From the NCBI GenBank assembly GCA_022226935.1, contig CP092081.1, forward strand, positions 3,471,547 through 3,535,546: a stretch of 64,000 bases of DNA, given 5' to 3'. Below are positions 29,766-36,473 of this stretch, piece after piece. The position numbers and the translations under genes are program-made. The notes beneath the pieces are model-generated. The model was not told where the DNA came from. It saw only the letters and a list, made by a program, of their open reading frames with translations, and did no database searches. The stretch is from Nitrospira sp. (lineage in GTDB: Bacteria; Nitrospirota; Nitrospiria; Nitrospirales; Nitrospiraceae). Each line of letters begins with the position of its first letter. Position 1 is the stretch's first letter.

Positions 29766-30554
29766 ATGATGAACCGCTGTGCCGCCACATGGATTTCGCT
29801 GCCGTTGATGGCGGCGCTCGGGGCCGGCTGTACACTCGATGCGGGCTCGCGGGGGCCATTTGGTCCGCAGGATCCGGAAACCGCCGTCCCCAAAATGGCG
29901 CTCCCTCCACAAGTCCCTTCCAGGCATGCCCTCGCCTTTACGGCCGATGAATCCCCGGGCCGACACCTCAAGCCCAAGATGGCCGGCACGGTTGCGGACA
30001 TAGCCTTGAAACGGTCGCCGAACCCGAGCGCGATACTCACTGCGCCCGAGATCGCCGCCTTACGGGAAGCGGCTGAGTCTGATCCCCGCGTGGCCGCGCT
30101 GCTTGGCGACCGCTGGGGTTTCATAGAGGCGAACAGGTCCGCCCCTGAGGGCAAGGTCGCCTTCGGCTGCTGTCGAGACGAAGCGCGCTTCGCCACCCTC
30201 ACCTACTTCAGCTACAGTCAGAACGTCGCCGTCGAGGTCCGATTGAAGGAGCAGCGCGTCATCGATGCCGCCCGGCGCGGGGGCTATCTCCCGCCTGAGG
30301 GGCCGCAGGACGTCGAACGAGGCATCGCCTTGGCTCGTGCCGATTCGCGACTTGCCGGCAACGTGCAATCCCTGCAGGGTCATGGGCTGTTGATGCAACC
30401 CGATATCGGCTTCTTGAAAAACGATCCGGGGTATGGACACCGCACGATTTGGATCACGTTTTCCCAAGGGCAGGACGGTGATCCGAAATTCTGGGCCGTC
30501 GTGGACCTGACCGATGACCGCGTGTTGGACGCGGGCCAGGAACCGCCCCGCTAG
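29766..30554 (+). CDS. Hypothetical lipoprotein resembling the N-terminal (D2/D3) domains of copper amine oxidases
   Basis: GAGC lipobox; two repeats of helix(A..DPRV/DSRL)-strands ending AVEVRL..RV / AVVDL..DRV, as in CuAO N2/N3 domains (by eye). Confidence 0.55.
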   Translation: MMNRCAATWISLPLMAALGAGCTLDAGSRGPFGPQDPETAVPKMALPPQVPSRHALAFTADESPGRHLKPKMAGTVADIALKRSPNPSAILTAPEIAALREAAESDPRVAALLGDRWGFIEANRSAPEGKVAFGCCRDEARFATLTYFSYSQNVAVEVRLKEQRVIDAARRGGYLPPEGPQDVERGIALARADSRLAGNVQSLQGHGLLMQPDIGFLKNDPGYGHRTIWITFSQGQDGDPKFWAVVDLTDDRVLDAGQEPPR

Positions 30555-30569
30555 GCGAAAGGAACCGGA

Positions 30570-31550
30570 ATGAATCGGATGGCAATCGGCTTGACTCTCT
30601 GGCTCGGCATCCTGATGCTTCCCATAACCGGCTCGGCGGAACCAGCCGCGGAACATGTGGAATGGGGTCGCTGGGCCCTCGATTATGAAGTTCGCGATAA
30701 CACGGGCCTCACGCTGCGGAACGTCTCCTACGGCGGGGAACTGGTCTTGGGCAAAGCCAGCATGCCGGTCGTGCGGGTCAAGTATGTGAAGGAACGCGTC
30801 TGGTGGAATCCCTTCACCTGGTTCGGATCCCGGGCCGACAGCGGCCGCTGCGGCCCGTTCCAAGATCGACTACGCTGGCAGGATCTGGCCCCGATCGCCA
30901 ACTGCGCCGACAACAAGGTCTGCGTCGAACGCGCCACCGTGAACGGCATACAATGGCTGGAGATAGGCATCTATGCGCGGATCGGCGAATACCACCTCTA
31001 CCAGGCCTGGCACTTCTCCGAGGACGGCGAGATGCGTCCCCTCCTCCATAGCCGCGGTCTCTCCTGTAACACCGACCACCATCACCACCCGTACTGGCGA
31101 TTGGACATTGACGTGAACGGGAACGGTCTGGATCAGGTCTTCGTGCATGATCAGGGCGGACCGGACAGCGGTTGGGGACCGGGCTGGCGAAAATATACGA
31201 ACGAACGGAACGACGTCAAAAGCCCCGCCACCCAGCGTGTCTGGTTCGTGCGAGACCAACCGACGGGACACGGCGTATGGATCCTGCCGGGCGACGGCTA
31301 TCTTCCCCTCAAAGACGACGGCGAACGGGACAGCTTCGGCGACCATGATGTAGCCATTCGGCGCGCGAGTTCGGCCGAAGATCTCCCCTGGGTCTTCGGC
31401 GCCCGTGGCCAGCTGGGATACGACGAAGACAACCAAGGCGTCCAAGAACAGGATGTGGTGGTATGGTATGTGGCGCACCTTCCGCACATGGCCGCCCTTG
31501 GCCCGACCAAATGGCTGACGCTGGGACCGACCTTAAAAGTGCAGCGGTGA
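30570..31550 (+). CDS. Secreted compact copper amine oxidase-like catalytic domain
   Basis: Signal peptide; VEWGRW..GLTLRNVSY, IGEYHLYQAWHFSEDG, HHHHPYWRLDIDVNG and DVVVWYVAHLPH align in order with the CuAO blocks IHWRNW..GPMISTVTY, VGNYDYIFDWIFHENG, HQHIYNFRLDLDVDG and DAVVWMTTGTTH. Confidence 0.75.
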   Translation: MNRMAIGLTLWLGILMLPITGSAEPAAEHVEWGRWALDYEVRDNTGLTLRNVSYGGELVLGKASMPVVRVKYVKERVWWNPFTWFGSRADSGRCGPFQDRLRWQDLAPIANCADNKVCVERATVNGIQWLEIGIYARIGEYHLYQAWHFSEDGEMRPLLHSRGLSCNTDHHHHPYWRLDIDVNGNGLDQVFVHDQGGPDSGWGPGWRKYTNERNDVKSPATQRVWFVRDQPTGHGVWILPGDGYLPLKDDGERDSFGDHDVAIRRASSAEDLPWVFGARGQLGYDEDNQGVQEQDVVVWYVAHLPHMAALGPTKWLTLGPTLKVQR

Positions 31551-31640
31551 CAGCCATCCCTCCGCCCGCCACCCCCTTCCGTGGACTTCACAAATCTTCC
31601 GGCTCTTCCCCATTGCGGTTCATACCTTAAGCACTCTATA

Positions 31641-31660
31641 CTAGGGGCTGTTTACCCTAG
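31641..31660. promoter_or_regulatory. 20-bp dyad CTAGGG-N8-CCCTAG upstream of luxR
   Basis: Perfect 6-bp arms, centred about 43 nt upstream of the start inferred from a TACAAT -10 at 31682-31687. Confidence 0.45.
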
Positions 31661-31803
31661 ATACAGTCCCTTCGGTCGCAGTACAATCAGCCGTTCTCAC
31701 GATGATACAGCTGCCTCAACATGAACCACGGCCGAATTTCTGAACGCCTCCGGTTGCTCGTCATTTTTTCAGCAACAGGGCGCGTTCACCGGAAAGAATT
31801 GGC

Positions 31804-32601
31804 ATGAGTCAGCCGGCGTTTTCCGCAAAGGAGTTTCAGCGGCTCGGTGAGATCATGTATGACGCGCGCTCTGTCGATCGCAACGACGGGGTGTGGCAGC
31901 TGGTATCGGCCGTCCAGCGCGTCGTGCCGTTTGAATTTTCAGGATGCGGGGCGGTCGATCTTTTGCATGGAATCGATCCTTCTCTCGGCCATTCCACCTA
32001 TCCTCGAGAATTCTGCCAGCTGTATATGGGCCAGGGCCTCGCCGCAGACCCTGCCGTCAATCGTCTGCTCACTTCCGGCCAAACCGTCACCTCCAGCGCC
32101 GATGAACCGGTGATCCACGAGCCGAAAGGGATCACGTCGCTCAAGCTCGATTTCGGCATCAAAACCTGTCTTTCGGCCGGGGTACGCGGAGACCATGGAG
32201 CCTGCTCCTACTTTGCCTTCAGCAATTTTGACGCCAAACAGGCGGATAAGTTGCGTCTCCTCCTCGACATTCTGACTCCGCATTTCCACTTGAGTTATAT
32301 GCGCTGCAAATCGGCCTGGAGCCCGAATCGGCCGGCCCAACCTGCAGTGGTGCTCAGTAAACGGGAAGAAGAAATTTTGCGCTGGGTGGCGGCAGGCAAA
32401 ACGAATTGGGAAATTTCCGTCATTCTGAAGGTCAGTTTGAACACGGTCAAATTTCATCTCAAGAATATTTTTCAAAAGATCGGCGTCGAAAACCGGTGGA
32501 GCGCCATTGCCTACTGGCAAAATGGTGAACAGCATCGCATCACTCCATCCTCGGCGCCCAGTGACGATCGCCCCCCTTCCGCTTCCAACCGCCCGACCTA
32601 A
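31804..32601 (+). CDS. LuxR-family regulator (autoinducer-binding domain + HTH), no adjacent luxI
   Basis: YPREFCQLY..ADP ligand-domain pattern and LSKREEEILRWVAAGKTNWEISVILKVSLNTVKFHLKNIFQKIGVENR HTH. Confidence 0.9.
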   Translation: MSQPAFSAKEFQRLGEIMYDARSVDRNDGVWQLVSAVQRVVPFEFSGCGAVDLLHGIDPSLGHSTYPREFCQLYMGQGLAADPAVNRLLTSGQTVTSSADEPVIHEPKGITSLKLDFGIKTCLSAGVRGDHGACSYFAFSNFDAKQADKLRLLLDILTPHFHLSYMRCKSAWSPNRPAQPAVVLSKREEEILRWVAAGKTNWEISVILKVSLNTVKFHLKNIFQKIGVENRWSAIAYWQNGEQHRITPSSAPSDDRPPSASNRPT

Positions 32602-32672
32602 CTCGCACCATGCATGTCGAACCGCGCGCCGCCCAGTCCGTCACTCTCTGACCGACCGGAAACGGAGCCGTC

Positions 32673-32692
32673 GCCTACCCCGATGGGTAGGT
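32673..32692 (+). promoter_or_regulatory. lux-box-like operator GCCTACCCCGATGGGTAGGT
   Basis: 20 bp with CT at 3-4 and AG at 17-18 (NNCT-N12-AGNN). Dyad extends to 26 bp with 10/11 pairs. TAAAGT -10 at 32714-32719 places the centre near -43. Confidence 0.7.
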
Positions 32693-32830
32693 GACGCCGG
32701 TCCATACCTCTCGTAAAGTCTGCCTATACAAACGTCGCGCACAACGTGACGTGTCAGCATTCAGTATCACTGCCACTTACATCACCGGCCAGGGCCGAAT
32801 GGCCCCAGGAAAACCGGAAGGAGAGGCCCT

Positions 32831-34102
32831 ATGAAGCAGCTTGCCGCACATCCTGCAGCAATGGACGCAACATTCACTCTGCTCGACCTCCTACAACAGC
32901 GCAAGACGCGACGCTTCGGCCGCGGCATGACTCTGCCGGGCGGTCCGCTGGAATACACGAGCCATCATGAACCGGTCCCGCTTAGCAGGGAAGAGGAACG
33001 ATATCTCATCTATGCGGCGATCGGCCGATCAGGACGCAACCTCGGCGACATGCAATTTGTCGGGCGTCCGGGAGCCGGAGTCGGACAAGGCAATGCGCTG
33101 ATGAATTTCAGCAGCCGCACGGTCCCCAGTCCCTGCTCCGCTCAGACTACGCAGCTGTTTTACACCAACGATGACGGGGTCTTTTTCGTCGCCGACGCCG
33201 CGGGACCCGACCACCCATGGGATCTGGAGGTCGTACAACTGCAATCCACCCGGCTGGATATTCCTCGGGAAGCCCCGTTCATGCTCCCGTTCAACCAATG
33301 GTATACGAATCGGCCCGGCACCACGCTCTTCATGCCCGTGACCAACATCGCGTTGCTGTATCTGAATCTCCTGTTGATGATGTTCAGCGAAGAGACGGGC
33401 TATTTCATCGTCGATACGGACAACGGCAATGTCGGATGCGGCCTCGATGCCTTCCGGAAAAGCGCAGGCGGGCATTTGCATGACGACTTGAAAGCCCGCC
33501 GCATGTTCAGTTTGCGCGAACTCGATGCCGCGATTTGCGAAACCGCCATCCAAGAGCAAGGGATCATCTGCGAACACATCTCCCTGATGCAGCAAGCGCT
33601 CGGACTCGGGGGCGGAATCCAAAGCGTCGGGAGCGGCCGGCATCTCCTTGGTATGGAGCCTCACATCTACCCCGGACTCGGATTTCACTTCGTCGTCCCG
33701 CCTGGAAAACCGCTGCGGGCGAATCCTGTCGGTATTGCACAGGTGTGGGAAGGCCCCACGCCGCCGTTCGTACCGTCGATGACGGACGCCGTGACCCGGC
33801 TGGTCGCCAGCAAGTTCGGGCCTGAAGGCACCTTCAGGAAACCGCAGGAACAACCCTGGGCACACCGCAACACGGCCCAGCAAGTTCCCCAGCATTCGGA
33901 ACGCGCCATCGAGGCCACGATCGCCTTCACCGAATATGTGCTTGCGACGTACGGCCGTTTTCCGGCGCATGCCGATGCCTGCAAGTCGATCGTGGCCTGC
34001 CAGACCCATCATCTGGACGAAGACTTCTACGCAACGTTTTATCCCGACTCCGCGTTGCCGGACGCGCATCGCGAACATATGCATACGTGGCATACCCATT
34101 GA
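32831..34102 (+). CDS. Uncharacterised protein, probable nitroreductase-like (FMN) fold
   Basis: LLDLLQQRKTRRF (R-x-x-R-R-F), RTVPSPCSAQTTQLFY (PS motif) and EHISLMQQALGLGG (helix-ALGLG) are nitroreductase-superfamily hallmarks. GGAG SD. Confidence 0.6.
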   Translation: MKQLAAHPAAMDATFTLLDLLQQRKTRRFGRGMTLPGGPLEYTSHHEPVPLSREEERYLIYAAIGRSGRNLGDMQFVGRPGAGVGQGNALMNFSSRTVPSPCSAQTTQLFYTNDDGVFFVADAAGPDHPWDLEVVQLQSTRLDIPREAPFMLPFNQWYTNRPGTTLFMPVTNIALLYLNLLLMMFSEETGYFIVDTDNGNVGCGLDAFRKSAGGHLHDDLKARRMFSLRELDAAICETAIQEQGIICEHISLMQQALGLGGGIQSVGSGRHLLGMEPHIYPGLGFHFVVPPGKPLRANPVGIAQVWEGPTPPFVPSMTDAVTRLVASKFGPEGTFRKPQEQPWAHRNTAQQVPQHSERAIEATIAFTEYVLATYGRFPAHADACKSIVACQTHHLDEDFYATFYPDSALPDAHREHMHTWHTH

Positions 34103-34143
34103 CGACAAACATTTTCACGCTCTTGCGAGCACAGGAGGGCATC

Positions 34144-35469
34144 ATGACACCACAGACCTCTCGTCGAGTCGTCATCACCGGAATGGGAGTGGTTTCTCCA
34201 TTGGGTTCGACAGTCGATTTGTTTTGGCATTTATTGAGTCGGGGAGAAAGCGCCGTTCGCCCGATCACCTCATTCGATACGTCACCATTTCAGGCGTGCC
34301 TCGCCGCCGAAGTGCGGGACTTCGATCCCGAAGATTTCCTGCACCGCAAGCAGGCTCGCCGCATGGGCCGAGCCACCCAATTTGCCGTGGCCTCCGCCAT
34401 GATGGCCGCGCGCGATTCGGGCATCGATCTGGAACAAGAAGATCGCGGATCCATCGGCATCAGCATCGGCACCTCCATCGGCGGCATGAAGGAAGCCTTT
34501 GAGTTTCACGACGCGGCTAAAATTACGGCCTATGAACGGGTCAATCCCTTCACCATGGGCATGACCTTTCCCAATGCCATTTCGTCGGAAGTCGCCATCG
34601 TTCTGGGCCTGCACGGCCCTTGCGAGACCTATTCCATCGGCTGTTCGTCTACGGCAAATGCCATCGGGCGCGCCTATGAATGGATCAAATCAGGCCAGGC
34701 CTCGTTGGTCGTAGCAGGCGGAACGGAAGCGCCCCTGCACCCGAGTGTCTATGCGGCCATGAACGCCGGACGCGCGCTGGCGCCGGATGAACGGGGCGCG
34801 ATCAGGAATCTCCCGCGGCCTTTTGACAAGACCCGTTGCGGCATGGTGCTCGGCGAAGGCGCCGGCTCGTTCATTCTGGAGGATTACGAACATGCCCGCG
34901 CGCGGGGAGCCAAAATGTATGCCGAACTCGAAGGGTGGGGTTTTACGTGCGATGCCCATTCGATGGTGAAGGCGGCCACGACGGGGCAAGAGCAGCAACG
35001 AGCGGCCAGGTTGGCCCTGTCAACCGCCCACTGGTTCCCTGAGGAGGTCGACTATGTCAACGCCTGCGGTCTCGGCACCATGGAATTGGATGCGCTGGAA
35101 ACCCACACCGTGAAGCAGGTCTTGGGAACCCACGCGTATCACGTCCCTATCAGTTCATTCAAAGCGGCACTGGGACATGCTTTCGCCGCCAGCGGCGCCT
35201 TCCAACTCATCGGGACGGCCAAGGCGATGGAACATCAATTCATTCCGCCGACACTGAATCTCACGACTCCAGACCCGTCCTGCGATCTGGATTATGTCTC
35301 AGGTGAAGGGCGGGTCGCGCACATCGATCGCGCTCTGATCAATAGCTTTGGATTCGGCGGCAAGAACATCGTGCTGGCCCTATCTCGCGTAGATGCCGGC
35401 GTCGCAACGACCGGCTCGGTGGCTGCGACGGCGGGACATGGTCTGCATCATTTGGCAGGAGTGTCATAG
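34144..35469 (+). CDS. FabF-like beta-ketoacyl synthase with a non-canonical catalytic triad (Cys-Cys-His)
   Basis: RRVVITGMGVVSPLG, SIGCSSTANAIG (Cys), RPFDKTRCGMVLGEGAG, DYVNACGLGT (His to Cys), SSFKAALGHAFAASG (His), NSFGFGGKN. ATG 34144 follows AGGAGG. Confidence 0.85.
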   Translation: MTPQTSRRVVITGMGVVSPLGSTVDLFWHLLSRGESAVRPITSFDTSPFQACLAAEVRDFDPEDFLHRKQARRMGRATQFAVASAMMAARDSGIDLEQEDRGSIGISIGTSIGGMKEAFEFHDAAKITAYERVNPFTMGMTFPNAISSEVAIVLGLHGPCETYSIGCSSTANAIGRAYEWIKSGQASLVVAGGTEAPLHPSVYAAMNAGRALAPDERGAIRNLPRPFDKTRCGMVLGEGAGSFILEDYEHARARGAKMYAELEGWGFTCDAHSMVKAATTGQEQQRAARLALSTAHWFPEEVDYVNACGLGTMELDALETHTVKQVLGTHAYHVPISSFKAALGHAFAASGAFQLIGTAKAMEHQFIPPTLNLTTPDPSCDLDYVSGEGRVAHIDRALINSFGFGGKNIVLALSRVDAGVATTGSVAATAGHGLHHLAGVS

Positions 35470-35712
35470 GCTCGCAAGATGAGGGACCGCAGGCATATAA
35501 CGGCTGGCATCGCAAAGGCGACGGTCCATGCGGCCCGGTGTTTCATGCCGGGCCGCACGATGCCGCGTCAGCCCCTTCCCTCTATCACGGCCAGCAGGGT
35601 GGACACCGACCGCTGTGCGCCTTTTCACAATCGTCCCCACACATCACATCCATGGGCGCAGGCATATGCAAGAAGTACCAGGCATCCATCCACATTTAGG
35701 TGAGAGTCGAAT

Positions 35713-36369
35713 ATGAACGAAACATCCTACATTCCAACACGGGTCTTCATCATCAATCCTCAGGAATTGGTCCGAGTCGGCCTGCGAACGCTGCTGAATT
35801 CTGTTCCGGACTTTACTGTGGTCGGGGAGGCCTCGACTCAAAGCGATGCCCTCCCTCTCGTGCTCCAACACAATCCTGATATCGTCGTTGTGTTTCTGCG
35901 TGTACAGGACGGCACCGGCATCGAGACGGCGCAGGAAATCCTGACACATCTTCCGGAAACCAGGCTCCTGTTCCTTGCCGACACGCTCAACGACACCATC
36001 CTCCTGTCGGCCGTGTCCACCGGGGCGCACGGGTATGTCTTGCAAGACTCCGGATCGGAGACGCTGATGCATGCGCTGCGCAGCATCACCAAAGGACAGG
36101 CCTACCTGGACCCCGGGGTGACCCGCCATACCTTCGCCTATCTCCGCAAAGTCGCCGATCGGGAACCTGAGCGGGGCCGGCATCTGCTGTCGCCGCAAGA
36201 ACGGCGCCTCCTCCCCCTCATTGCGCAGGGAAAAACCAATAAAGAGATTGCCGCCGAACTGGGACTCAGCGACAAAACCGTCAAAAACTATTTGGCCAAT
36301 GTGTATTCCAAACTTCACCTCACCAGGAGGTCCCAAGCCGCCGCCTTTTACTTGAAAACCATTCCCTGA
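35713..36369 (+). CDS. NarL/DevR-type regulator with a degenerate (pseudo) receiver domain
   Basis: LuxR HTH intact (GKTNKEIA..LSDKTVKNY). REC has INP instead of xDD, VVVFLR instead of xxxDxx and YVLQD instead of YxLKD. Confidence 0.88.
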   Translation: MNETSYIPTRVFIINPQELVRVGLRTLLNSVPDFTVVGEASTQSDALPLVLQHNPDIVVVFLRVQDGTGIETAQEILTHLPETRLLFLADTLNDTILLSAVSTGAHGYVLQDSGSETLMHALRSITKGQAYLDPGVTRHTFAYLRKVADREPERGRHLLSPQERRLLPLIAQGKTNKEIAAELGLSDKTVKNYLANVYSKLHLTRRSQAAAFYLKTIP

Positions 36370-36473
36370 TGAAAGCGTGGCCGGACAGCGACTGATGCGA
36401 TGCTCAAGTTCTTCCGCGCGAGCGCCGACAGAGTACCGACGGACTCTCTCGCCTCCGCGGGATCACCTGACGC

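Noticed and set aside
34144-35469. Calling the ketosynthase the housekeeping fabF
   Set aside because: No acpP/fabG/fabD neighbours and an altered catalytic His, so the gene symbol was withheld.
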